Shown here: positions 49,380-62,060 of the stretch, one piece after another | Numbering within the stretch: the stretch's first letter is position 1 | Layout: each line of letters begins with the position of its first letter | Assembly (NCBI GenBank): GCA_976551045.1 | Contig: CDPCPM010000147.1 | Location: 4,278,001 to 4,342,000 of the forward strand | Length of the DNA stretch: 64,000 nt | From: Glaucostegus cemiculus | Taxonomy: Eukaryota | Direction of reading: 5' to 3' | Program-made: the position numbers and the translations under genes | The notes under the pieces: generated by a model | Databases searched by the model: none | What the model saw: only the letters and a program-made list of their open reading frames with translations | Told to the model about the DNA's origin: nothing

Positions 49380-50560
49380 GAGTCCCTACCTATTGTGAAG
49401 CATCAACGTCAGCTCAGCAAGATCTGCCCAGGAAGTTTGCAGAAGCACGACATATTTTATTTTATTGACCAAGAGCCAATTTTAGTCAGGACATCATGCA
49501 TAACTATTCCATTCTTCTGTGAAATCAGGCCATGGGAGTTTTTACATCAGTGCTAAAGAAGCACAGAGATGGGGTAGTGAAGGATTCCATTTAGCTCAGC
49601 AATTGGAGCTTGTCAGGATTTACAATTTTTTCACACTGAAACTGACATTCCAACAATGGCATTTTGGATCAATTGTCTGGAATGGACATTAGAGAAACAT
49701 TTTGTTAGAGTACAGTAAGCTACAAAATATAGATTTCAGCATATCAGTACTTCAGAGGACTAGATAAATAAAAGATATGCACTGCAAATACCACGATTGC
49801 AGGTGTTTCCTGCAAGTTCAACAGAAAAATAACAAATTTTGCAGAGATATTCATGTGCCGCTGCAGAATGTGGCAAACACTTTATTCAAACAGGGAATGA
49901 AATTCTCAGCACAATGTTCAACGATCTCCGTTTCTAAAAGTCTCTCCTGGCTATTTGTAAGGAAAACAACACGTGGCTCAATGATATTGAAAAACTATAA
50001 TCATTGCAAGAGTGGATGATTAGTTTTCCTAAAATCTGCGGCAGGATGCCAAAAATACTCAAAAGGATCATGTTTGTTTTGTTGTTTGGAGGCACTTCGA
50101 AGAGTCAATGTTCAAGCAAAATCAATTTCAGTGGCAATTTGTAGAATCACCACACTCTCTGAGAACAGGCAGAGCAAACAGCAGTATAAAATCTGACAAT
50201 AAACAAATGGCTCACTCCAAGTGAGAAATGCAGTGAAACTGTTCGAATATGAGTTTATATTTATAGAAAAGAATGTTTACCATGAAGTGACATTGATGCA
50301 ATGAGAACTGTGAACGAAAGCGCTGATGCATCATTTGAACTTTGTGTAGTTTATTGCTGTGGGACAAATATCCAGAGGTTTGTTTGATTCAAGAATCAAG
50401 TACCAAATGTTGAAGAAAATAAAACCAATTGTATCTTGAACAGGGGAATAGAAGTGCATCAGATGTTCCAGAACTGGAGTAGTGCAATGATTTCCGTTGT
50501 GAACAGTGGTGACGTGGAATGGGTGGATAATAGAAATGTTAAAATTTGGCATGTGGGCAG
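49380..50560 (+). pseudogene. Decayed SRCR exons
   Basis: CEIRPWEFLHQC (~49518-49553); TWLNDIE (~49970-49990). Confidence 0.4.
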
Positions 50561-50899
50561 GGGAAGTTATATTTTGTGAAATGTGTGAAAATGGCCTCGG
50601 CCTTTGTCAAATATTGTGTTAGCTTCATTGTCAGTTGATCTTAAAGATACGGTTCTGTCAGGGCACTGGTATGTCAACTGGATCATTATTATTAATGCGG
50701 TTCTATTGATGAAACTAGAAGCATGGGAAGTAGATTTGAAGAAGAGTTATCAAGGTGACTGTCACTTCGAGTAGCCACAGGCTGAGGCAGTTACCAGAAA
50801 TGGATGTAAATTCATGTTCCATTCGAACCACTATTCTTCCCATTTTCTCCATTACCCAGCATTCTTTTCCCAAAAGCTTTACCCTGAGCCCCAGAACAT

Positions 50900-51330
50900 A
50901 TAATTTCAGTTCTCTTTTCCTACACTCTGGTAACTACCCTTCCATTGAGAATCTGTACTGTTCCAAGAAGGTCACCAGACGCTTGAGGAACAGCACTCTA
51001 TTTTTACATTAGGCACACTGCACGCATTTTTGACTCAACATTGAATTCACAATTTTCAGGATGCAAACACAGCTCATTCTTTCCAGATAAAAATGATGGT
51101 ATTAATTCTACAGGTTACCTAATCTGACTTTCCTTTCATATTCCGTAACTTCTGTTCACTCTTCTCTTTTGACTTTACTATATTCTTTATCTCAGCAATT
51201 ACTTGGAACCTATCACACTGATCACTATCTTTTTGGTGCAGACAGAAAGTTACAGGACAACACATTGTTTCTGAGTCCACATGTGCTGGATGGCTCGTTG
51301 AGTGTTTCCAGCATTTCAGTTCCCATTTCA
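50900..51330 (+). mobile_element. Penelope-like element 3' fragment
   Basis: RLEEQHSIFTLGTL...LNIEFT at ~50978-51060, followed by the shared terminal repeat. Confidence 0.65.
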
Positions 51331-51899
51331 TACTGATTTGTTTTCCTTTTACGTGCAGTGACTTTGAATATTGTGCTACCTGTCACTGCATTCAAGTTTC
51401 TTTGCTGCAAATGTTCAATTTGAGACTGATGCTGATAACATGAGTATGTATTACCCAGCCCTAATTTCCATACAGATGCTGCTGGTTAGCAACCATCCAG
51501 AAAAAGAATTCCCGCAATACTGAAGACAGTCCTTTAAACATCGATAAATGGGATACACACTTATCGAGACGGTAAACATTCTTGAAGTACTTTCGTGTTG
51601 TCATGTGCCATAACAAGAACACAATGATGGAGCCATCGAAAATATAGAAGCCATAGAAAACGAGAACAGCAGCTGCATCCACCAGAGAACATAGAGAATA
51701 GTAGCACAGAGCAGTACTGTTCTGGTAAATTCGCTGCTACGAAAGTAATCATACAGTAATAGCTGCTTCACTGCCACTGATGAAAGGCTCACCTACTCAT
51801 TTAGTTCTTTACCAACCTACGCTAACTCCAAGCAAAATTACATCTTTCATCCTTGAGCAGTCCTACCATCCACCTGGTCACCCTCTGGTATTGATTTTA

Positions 51900-54800
51900 C
51901 ATTGAAAAATGCGTTGGGACTCTTTCATCCGACTTGGCAAGGACATTTCACATCCCCAACCTGCCCTACTCATATTTTGCTGTTGTTCTTCTGGACTTTC
52001 TTTACATTCCTCACAGTCCCTGTCCAATTTCAATTTCCTAAATCTTGTTACTTTTTTCTATTCCTGACTCATTTTACAACCTCTTTTGTCATACAGTATT
52101 CCCTTACACCTTTACATTTGTGCTTGAACCTGACTGCAGCATGCATGTCCCGACCTCTGGTCAGCTTGTCTAAGGATTTCCACATGTTGTTTGTGGACTT
52201 TCCAATATCAGCTGCTCCCAGTTTACTCTCCCAGGTTCCTGCCTATCAATGCCGTAATTTGCACTGCCCCAATTTAATACATTCCCCTCGTTTCAGAACT
52301 TCATTAGTTATTTATTTCATAAAACTGAAGGAGTTTTGATCATTGTTTCCTGTATCTTCTGCGACTGAGATGTCAGTCACCCGTCCAAGCTCAGAATTGG
52401 CATTTGATTTGTTTTATTATTCTCACATGTACCGAGGTGCGGTGCAAAACTTGTCTTGCATACGATGCATGCCGAGCAATTAATTGCACAGTGCATCGAG
52501 GTAGGAAATATAAATAAATAACAAAAGGCAGAAATAAGTGCAACAGATACAGAGTGCGGGGCAGGTAGAGCTCAGGTTCCATCTTATCGCATGAGAGAAA
52601 CATTCAATAGACTTATAACAGTGGGATAGAAGCTGTCCTTGAGACAGGTGTTACGAGCTTTCAGGCTTTTGTACCTTCTGCTCAATGGGTGAGGTTGTAA
52701 GAGGGTATGACCTTGGTGGTGGGATATTTGACTTTGCTGGCTGCTGCACCGATGCAGTGAGAATTATAGACAGAGCCCATGGACGGGATGTTTGTTTCCG
52801 TGATGTGTTGAGCTGTGTTAATAGCTCCCTGCTGTTTCCTGCGGTCTTGGCAGATCAGTTGCCATACTAAGATGTCATACATCCAGACGGGATGGATTCT
52901 GTGGGTCTTCAAGAAAAATTGGTGACTGTCAATGGGGATATGCCAAATTTCTTCAGCCTCCTGAGGAAATGGGCGCTGGTGAGCTTTCTTGTCCTTGGCA
53001 TCAGTGTGGTTGGACCAGGACAGTCAATGAGCGGTGTTCACTCCTGGGAACGTGAAGCTCTCAACCCTGTCGACCTAAGCAACGTTGGTGTAGTCAGGAA
53101 AATGTGGATTACCCCACATCCTGAAGTCAATGACCAGATCTTTTTCTTTGCTGACATCCAGGAAAAGTGGCTGCTTGTGGAGAGACCTGGAAGACCTGGA
53201 GTGGATTGAGGTGGCCTGTGAGGTAAGTTGTTGAACCCATGCAGGTATGAATGTCCTGAAGAGGAGTGGGCAACCTCAGCAGGTAAGTGGGAGTGTCTGG
53301 GGGAGCTTCGTACAGGGATATGGAATAAGGAGCTCCATAGAGATAGGCTTTTTGTCTGGAGGGGATCAGGCATCAGGCCTCAGAGAGGGGTGTCCCTGCA
53401 AGTTGGGCTTTGCATCCAGTAGGGCCTTTGGACTCAGAACCTGCTGCCTCCAATGCTCATGTCTTCACTCCAGTAGGTCCTCGGTGCTGGATTTCTGCAT
53501 CAGGAGCTCCAGTGGTGTCCGGGAGTCATGTCCTAATGGTGGAGGCTCGGTGAGTTTGGCTTTTCACGCTGTGCAAGTTTTCATGTATGCTGTCCCGGCC
53601 TGGACCTCAGTGTCTGTTCCGACATGGGACCGGGAGTGGGGTTGGTGGATCATTGGTCCCTGGAGGTCAGAAGACACCAGATCTGTATTTTTTAATGCAA
53701 GGTTTACAGTAGAATCTCATCAGTGTTACTGCACCTTTCCTTTGTATGAGCTCTACCCATGTTACCTCAGTGGATGAGCCCTCCAGTGTGTCGTCTCCAA
53801 GTGCATGCCTGATTGGTAACGGAACTCATTCACCTCTTTTACTTCCCTTTCAATCTTGTCTGAAATATTGAAATCCTGGAACATTGAGCTGCCAGTCCTG
53901 TCCTACATGCAACCTTATCTCTCTCATAGACACATCATCACAGTTCCATGAACAGATCCAGGATTTTAGCTCACTTGTTTTGCTCCAGTACCACTTGCAT
54001 GGAAACAAACACAATTCATCCCATCAGTCCCACCATGTTCCTTAAGCTCTCCTTGCCTGTCCTTCATCAGCGACTTGTCAAAGATGTTCCCACTAAACCC
54101 TCCAACTTTTGACCTGCAGCTTTGGTTCCCACCCCCTGTCACTCTGGATTCAACCCTCCTGATTACAAATATTGAACCTCCCAACAAGGGTATTGGATCC
54201 CCTCCAGTTTAGGTGCAACCCTTCACTCAGTCCAAACTGCCCCAGAAGGGGGAGCAATGACCCACATCGCTGAACCCTCCACAGAGTACCAGCTCCTAAG
54301 CCATGTTTTGAAATGCACTATCTTTCATTTCATTGCCCTAGTAGCACGGGACACGGGCAGCAGTCATGTGATTACAAACCTAGATCTTTTTTTTAAACTT
54401 ACTACTGAACTAACTAAAATTACTTTCACAACCTCATCTCCCTCCCTGTCTATTTAATTGGTACCAAAATGGACCATGGCCCCAGGCTGCTCGCCGTCCC
54501 CTTTTAGAACCTCCTATGCCCACTCAGTACATCCTTCACCCTGCAACTATGGAGGCAACTGATCATTATAGACTCTCTTTTAGGGCCACATATATGCTTG
54601 TCTGTACCTCTGACTGTGGAATCCCCAATCAATTTTGCTGAACTGGATGTTGATCTACCCTGCTCACACGTGATGCCGCCGTTCTGACTGCCGCTGTTAT
54701 TTTCCCCTGACAGGACAGCCCACTGCAAGAACATACAAATTGGTATCGTTCACTGAGAGCCACAGGAAACTCCCTGAATGCAGACAAGCCTCTACCGGCC

Positions 54801-55250
54801 GTCTAACATCTCTTTGGCTGAACCACTGCTGTGACCAACTCCCACAAACGATGATCTGCAGAATTTCTGCCTGCCTCTTCTCGTCAGTGTGTCCAAATGC
54901 CACCCCATTTGAATCATGTTGCCTGAGAAGGTTGCAACTGGATACACTTCCTGTATTTAAGGTCTTCAGGAGTCATGACTGCTCTCTGTTCTCCCACATG
55001 TGACGTTTGGAGCAGCCATCCCACTGACTTCCATTACAGTCCATTTCATAAAACAGGATCTAGTGGATTTGAGGAAAAGTAAACAAACAATCTTGCACTT
55101 ACCTAGTTGATGCTCACCTTCTTCACCAAAGCCTGGCATTCATCAAAGCCCACACTTTAAACAACCAGCAGCACAACCAACTCAAAACAGCCGCCATCAA
55201 AATGGCCGTTGCCTTGCAGCCTGCCTTCATTTGATTCGCTGCAAACAGGT
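51900..55250 (-). mobile_element. Degenerate CR1 (5' half) with nested insertions at 52391-53700
   Basis: LIGDSTVRGTD..ICG (54504..54734), MNCVCFHA (53966..54187), ORF1 N-terminal-like sequence near 54900-55000. Confidence 0.7.
52391..53165 (-). mobile_element. Rex1/Babar-like LINE 3' fragment
   Basis: The - strand resembles AKKK.WSLTSG (KTKE..IDFR frame), LQ..INTAQHIT..N.PS and DSFYPT. Related to 24975-25490. Confidence 0.7.
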
Positions 55251-56428
55251 CTTCGCCTGCAAACAAACTTTCAAGCGCTTCTGTCTCCGCATCTCTGCGA
55301 CATTTTCTCAATTACTCATCAGTCCATATCATATTGGAGACTCTTCGTATCCTCTCAGCTGATCGTCTTTCCTGCACTGGAGGAAATTTTGGGGTATTTT
55401 GTCTTAGAAAGCAGCTTGTTGTAGAATTACACCGCTCACTCAAAAGTGGGGAAAAGGTCGAAGATAATGAATTGGGGCATATGACAATCTTTAACCCAAG
55501 CTGAGTTAGAGGGAAACGGAGCAGAATGTCAGTGAAATACAGAACGCAGGCTGGGAAATGACGAGCTCAGGGAACGCAATGGTGGGATGCTGAGAGCCCA
55601 TAATTCTGGATCTGTCCTCCCTTTTTAAGGCACGTGAAAATGACCACGGATGCTGAAGGATGTTCCTCCCTTCATGGAGACAGAGTAATTTTTGGAAAGT
55701 AATGTGATTGAGGCGGGAATGTGGCATCAATTTATTTTAGCCATTTTGTATGTAAATAACATAAAACATGAGGTGTGGACATTGAGAATCACAGTGGATA
55801 ATGAAGGACGAGGGGATGAAATTTTTGTTTTCTTTTTCTCACCTGGATACAGAGCAGCAAGAAAAATGAATTAAACCGGCATCCAGCACTGAGAGATGTT
55901 TGCAAACGGTTGATAATAGTTTGGGTGGTGACGGGATCGCTGAATTATTTTTCCAAAGTGCCAAACTAGGTGGTGGTGGAGCTGTGGGAAATGAAGAGAA
56001 GTGTGGGCACAGAGAAAGCCCAAGTGATCTGGAATATAATCTTTGAAATGGCTGAGCAATGTCTTCCAGAGCGGTAAACTGCTTGGACAAAATGTTTCTT
56101 ATCTTGTCGGTGACTCATTTCCTTCTTAGACCGTCTCAGGTGATTGGTTTCTCAGAAGAAGTCGAATGAAAGAATACGGACCCGTCACATCCATTAATGG
56201 GCAGGTTCTTTTCCATTGGTGCTTTCAGCAAACTGCACTTCACGCTTCAATTCACTGAAACCTATTGGTTGTTTGGAGATAAACATCAAATACTGCGAAC
56301 AGCAGTTGTCGTAGAAACAACTTTCAGATCAATTGGAGTGTCAGAAGATTTTGGAGAGACTATTCTATGTCGACGGTGGTTGCTCGGTTAAAGTTCTCGA
56401 ACCATTGCTGTAGCTGGCCACCGGGAGA

Positions 56429-56474
56429 ATGCTGCGGTCCTGCTTGGCACTGATTGTGTTGCAGATCTGGAACT
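56429..56474 (+). CDS. Leader (signal peptide) exon of the next SRCR receptor gene
   Basis: ATG at 56429 gives MLRSCLALIVLQIWN, followed by a phase-1 consensus donor T|gtgagt. Confidence 0.75.
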
Positions 56475-59400
56475 GTGAGTTCAGTGAAAATATTGAAAGT
56501 ATTCGGTTGTCAATGCACACGATGATTATTATTGAAATGTACAATCGCGTCACTTCGTATCTTTGTGTCTGAACGTTCAGCAGTAGGGAAAGTAAATGTT
56601 TTTTCTCTCAATGTTATTATTGTGATGCAGCAATGCTGATATATTAAACTTGGTGGAACACGTGTTTTCGGTGCGAATTACTCACCTGTTCAGATCAAAT
56701 CTGAATGTGTTTTCATAATTAGAGCGCAATGGCATAATAAATCAGGAAGTAGGGTGATTTGATTCAAATTCATGGCTATGGAAATGGAACAATGAAGTTT
56801 TGTATCCGCTTTGCAGTTAAATTAATTACTCATTTTGGAATGTTTGTTATTTCACCCCTGAAATAAGCAAGTGCTCAATTCTGCCGGTGATAGTACACGC
56901 GTTTATATTACATTACATGGACTAACGCGTTTTAAATTCCCATTGAGATTTTTTTTCAAACAGTAATCTGTGAAATTTGCGCCAAAACAATTAAGGGGTA
57001 TTCCTTCGTCTCATAGACACCCCATTCGCAAACCCCCTGCTCTTTTGTGCAGCATTTCTGAATAGACTATTTATCTGAGTTAATCAGAACTGGGGAGCAG
57101 TCACTGTTGTAAAACAGTGTGTCGGATTCGGGAGTGCTTAACTCGCTGAGTTTGAATAGCAGCCAAACCTGCAGTTGTAACTGACTGAATGCGCGCACAC
57201 ATTCCTATCACTGGCAAGTATCAGTTAGAGCTCTGTGTACAACCATGTGATCCAGTGAAGTGAACGATTTTAAAGACTATTTATTATCATGTTTCAGGAA
57301 AGGCTTTACATACCTTTCACCATTAAACTGAATCCGATCTTGAGCGAACACTTAAAATGAACATTAATTTTGATATTATTCTTTAATACAATATTCGAAG
57401 GACGATGACACTGAAAGTTGTAATCAGTGCTGCAGTTTATTTATTTATTCCCAAATGTGTGATTTCTTCTATTAAATTTTAATTTTCAATTTTGAAATTT
57501 TGTTCATCCGGTGGAAAGCAACAAAATATTTTCTCAGTGCACTTTCCCGTTAGCAGTTTTGGGGATGTGAAGATTCGCATTCCATGAGATGTTGAAGTTT
57601 TCTCCACATTCCTTTACACCCCGTCCGGGTTAAATAGAGACTGAAGATTTTAGTGAAAAATTGCGAATGAATCCTTTATCTCCTTTCACGTACTTTATGT
57701 TAAAAGCTTAATGTTGGACTGCCATAGAACGGGGATCCTCAGCGGAAATGCAGCGTTGGAGGCAGAAGAAACATTGTTCACACTCAGGCAGAAGAGACTG
57801 CATTTATGGGAAGTAAAACGGAATAAAAAGATGCCTCTGTTTCTCTTTCCACAGAAGCTCACTCATCTATCGAGTATTTTGGACTTTTAGCTCGTTTGTT
57901 GAATTGGCAGCTCTATTTTTTTTGGAAAGAAAACAAGGCATATGTCTGATTTTAATCGCAGATGTCACTTGCAAATGATGTACTCTCAGGGAAACGGACC
58001 CACATAGCCTTGAGGCGTGCAAAAAAAATGTTAGAGGTTTTCATCGAGGCTGAATGACATTCTAATGCAAAGTGCAATTAATGTTCAGAATTTCTCAGTA
58101 AGTTAACATCATGTGAATTGAATATCAACAGATCTTGCGTGATTTGCAATGTTCATTGGCATTTAAATATGCTCTCTTTTTTGGCTCTTTAAATGGGTGC
58201 ATTTTATTCCATGATATTTCACGTTAGAAACAATGATGACAAATTCGGTGTCAGAAATAGAGTTAGAAGGTCATGGAGACAATCGGTATCAAATCGCCCC
58301 TCCACCCATCGAGTCTGCGACTGAGTAACGTGCAGAATCCACAGAGACAGCAGCTGAGGTCAGGACTAAACCCAGATTTCTGGTGTCTTAATGCACTGGT
58401 TCAATTTGTTGAACGAACGGGAAATATTTTCCACGCAATCCTGGCTGTGCAATGACCTTGCAGTTGTTGAGACTCTGGTTTCGTTCTAACTTTCGGAGCC
58501 GTCATCGTGAAATTTGTTTCTTCTGCGTGTGATGGAGAATGTTTCTGCTGCTTGTTCTGGTTTTCTGCACAGGCCGATGCTTTGCTGGTTGGTAGGGTAA
58601 TTGGCTGCTCTAAATTATTCATTCGTGGAACGACAAATGGAGAGAAAGGACAGTTGATGGTCATTCATGAAATAGAACAAATGCAGGATGAAGGGAAATA
58701 AGGGGAGCAATGGGAATAGTAAGCTTGTTCTTCCAGAGCTGACATGGATCCGAGGGGTTGGATGACCACCTTCTGTGGTTTTAGAAGTTTGGTTTTAAGA
58801 ATTAAATTTAGAATTAATCATTGCCTTTAAGAATTGTAAGGTTGTTTTACGCTATACATATTGTAGAGCAAAACAACAGTAGGAGATGGAATGATATTGC
58901 TTAAACTTGCGTGAATGAATTGCGTGGTCTTTAGGCACATCTGACTAAAATACTCCACATGATTTCCAGTCCTCAAATGGACTGGATCTATAAATACTAT
59001 GATTTAGTGAGACATGGCCTGAATTGTGCTGTACTGTCCTCTGATTCTATGATTCTGTGACCGTCCAACAATGAAGGTGCTCTGTAATCCATCAATCATT
59101 TCCTTGTCCACAGTCTAAGTTGACGTGAGTCGGTGAACTGGACAGGTGGTAATACCGCGAACACGGTTCAGAAAATATTACAGTCGCCTTTATGTTGTGA
59201 ATATGAACATACTTTTCCCGTTCCTTAGAAGTCGGTTACCGTGCCTGTCACTGGACCAAAGTAGGCAGGAACATTCAGGCGTGAGAGCAAATCATGCAGT
59301 GCTATTTCTGGATAATCCATCGTATGAATGAACTAATACGTAAACACTGGAATATTCGATAAAAACAAATCTGCCGACATGGAGAAGCTGGAAAGTAGGA

Positions 59401-60287
59401 TATGTCGGATCAGAGTACCTTCAGCAGGCTGGAATGAGGTCAGTTGCCTTTTATGTAGCAGGTAATGTTAAGGAAGGATAGACCGTTTAAGATCGAGCGG
59501 TGCAACATCGTCTGGTCATTGGCACTTCCCGGAATTCAATGAGTGTCAGAGCGAAAGCAGCAAAGAGAAAACAGACTGGAATTCGGATCATTTCAATTTG
59601 GTTTGACATTTGAATTTAAAATTGAGAATCTGTGCCTGTGACAGAATGAGCGACACCAACAGAAGCAACGTGAGGACACCGACAGAAGCTACGTGGGGGA
59701 ACAAACAGAGGTCACTACACCATTGATTGCATAAGGCACCTTCCCACTAGAATAACCAATTGGAGTGGGATCAGAACAAATTGTCAGGGCTACACTGAAA
59801 GTGTACTGAAATTGTGCTAATTTGAGAGGTCACATACGGGCCAGGAGGGTCACCAGGTGCCGAAAGGCCGCTTTCTCTGGTAGATTGCTCCATGATTGCT
59901 CCATGAATCTCAAAGCAGCAGATCCATCAGCAGCCATCCTCAGGTCTTACAGAGAAGCAGAATGAAACAACCGTGACCACGGGCGTCACAAGGAACGAAT
60001 ACCCCAGTTGTCAGCAGAGCTGAACCAGATATTGTTTCAAAGAAGGCACGATGCGAATTATCAGCTGCCGAGGCACGTTTACAGTTTCATTAAAAACAAA
60101 CAGATGAGAAGCTGAAACCACCTTCTGTACCGTTTCCGTATACTCCGCATCAGTTTACAGCTGAGACTTTTCCTGCTGACAGTTTCATTAGTTTGATGCC
60201 CCGCCTCCCCTCCTCCGCCCCACATCCCAACCCTTCCTCTCCACTCTCCTCCCACAGCTAAATCTAACTGTGTATTTATCATTTCAG

Positions 60288-60320
60288 GTCGTCCCGGGGA
60301 TTGTCAGCCGGACCCGTCAG
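60288..60320 (+). CDS. 33-nt second exon completing the signal peptide
   Basis: Acceptor atttcag|, donor cag|gtaatc, phase 1-1. Encodes CRPGDCQPDPS and joins both neighbours in frame. Confidence 0.78.
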
Positions 60321-60969
60321 GTAATCTTGCTGAATTTACACTGTGTGAAGGGCTGGGTTGTTGAGACAGGTTGTTACTGAAGATGCAGCTGAGAGGTGAC
60401 TGCTGCCTTCACACGGAGCGACAAACAGTCCGCTCCCTGCAGACGGCCGGCAGAGAAACGACTCCACTGATATTGTCCCAAAGCTCAAAGCAGCTCCCAC
60501 TGTTTGTCCCATCCCTGAATGCTGAGACTGGCGTCACGGGAAGGCTCAGTTCGACCATTTTTTCATTGGCATCCAGTTCCAGGAATGTCTTCACACTTTC
60601 AACCAATGTTGGGTGCCACTACTCGGTTGATGTAGACTGAATCCAGCGAACCACTGAGGCGAGAAGCCCAACAACCGCTCTCCGGTGAATGCAGACGAAC
60701 GCGCAACTCTTCTTGATTTCCTGGGAGGTGCCTTGTTTCCTGGAACGACGGGGTGACTTCCGGTTGTCCAGCCGTTCAACAGCTCAATGTCTCATTTTGT
60801 CATGTTTTACTGTTCATTCGGGCTCTGTCACAGCCTGAGAATCGGGGTGACCATCACCCGGTAAAGTGGAGTATGAATGTTTGGGACGGGGTGGACAGGG
60901 GGAGCGCCGACTGACCCGCGGCTTCAACCGCCGTTAACGTTTGATCTTTTATTTGTTGGTGTTTTCCAG

Positions 60970-61284
60970 AAAGCGTGAAGTTGAGGCTGGTGAATGGGGG
61001 CAGTGGATGCGCCGGGAGACTGGAGGTTCACTACAAGGGAATCTGGGGGACTGTGTATGATGGCGGCTGGGACCTGCAGGACGCGGCTGTGGTGTGTCGG
61101 GAGCTGGGCTGCGGCGCCGCGCTGAAAGCCCCGGGCAGAGCTCACTTTGGGGCAGGGATCGGACCCGTTGTGACGATAGATGTTGACTGCTCCGGGAGAG
61201 AGGCCGCTCTGCGGGAGTGTAGATCAAATCCATGGAGTGACTATGCCTATTCACACAACTACGACGCCGGCGTTGTCTGCGCAG
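60970..61284 (+). CDS. First SRCR domain exon of a CD163/WC1/DMBT1-like receptor (gene continues beyond the window)
   Basis: Acceptor gttttccag|, donor cag|gtaaac, 315 nt, open: ESVKLRLVNGGSGCAGRLEVHYKGIWGTVYDGGWDLQDAAVVCRELGCG...DVDCSGREAALREC...SHNYDAGVVCA. Confidence 0.95.
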
Positions 61285-61689
61285 GTAAACTTCAGCCCTT
61301 TGTCTCTGCGCTGCCGCCGGTTTGATAATCCGCGGGATGTCCCGGATGTACAATAACCCGGATTGACCCCCCGCCGCGAGTGATGGGGAAACTAAACCCT
61401 GTTGGTGTCGCGTTTATTCCCGTCGTGTTGGGATCACAATGTGTGTCACAGGACTCACATTGTGACCTTGATTAAACACCTCCAACCGGGTGCATCAACA
61501 CTCGGCCCTCGGCACAACTGCTGGAGGATGCGGCAGGTCGAGCAGCATCTGCGGTGGGAGGGGAAATGTCGCCGTCAGGACGGACACAGACCCGGACCCC
61601 AAACGTCCACAACTCCTCTTCCCCGCAGATGCTGCTCTTCCCGGTGAGTTCCCCCATTTTTATTTGATTAATCCAGCTCCCAGTAAATG

Positions 61690-62060
61690 CAGACATGGTC
61701 AGACAATGACACAGCACCGAAACAGGCCCTTCTGCCCTACTTTTCCCTGCCGAGCAATAAGACAATCTATGCTCATCCCATTTGCCCATGATTGTTCCTG
61801 TATCCCTCGAGAAATCTCCTTTCCATTTTCTTGTCTCTAAGTTGTTATGTGTTGTTCTTCTCCCTGCCTAAAATACTTCCACAGAGAACTCGTCCCAAAT
61901 GCGCACCACACTGTGTCAGGGGACATTGCCCTTCAAGTACGTTTACATCGTTGCACTCTCAACTCAAACCTCTGCTCTCCAGTGTCTGATTCCCTTTCCC
62001 TGGGAAAAAGACTGTGTGCAGTTACTCCTCATGTTTTATCCACCTCTATAATGACACGTT
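61690..62060 (-). mobile_element. CR1 3' end fragment
   Basis: acagcaccgaaacaggcccttc and tttccctgggaaaaagactgtg segments match the CR1 3' end at 17240-17550. Confidence 0.65.

Noticed and set aside
53038-53777. Cluster of 100-176 aa ORFs
   Set aside because: Nested within degenerate LINE sequence; no domain recognised and no exon signals.
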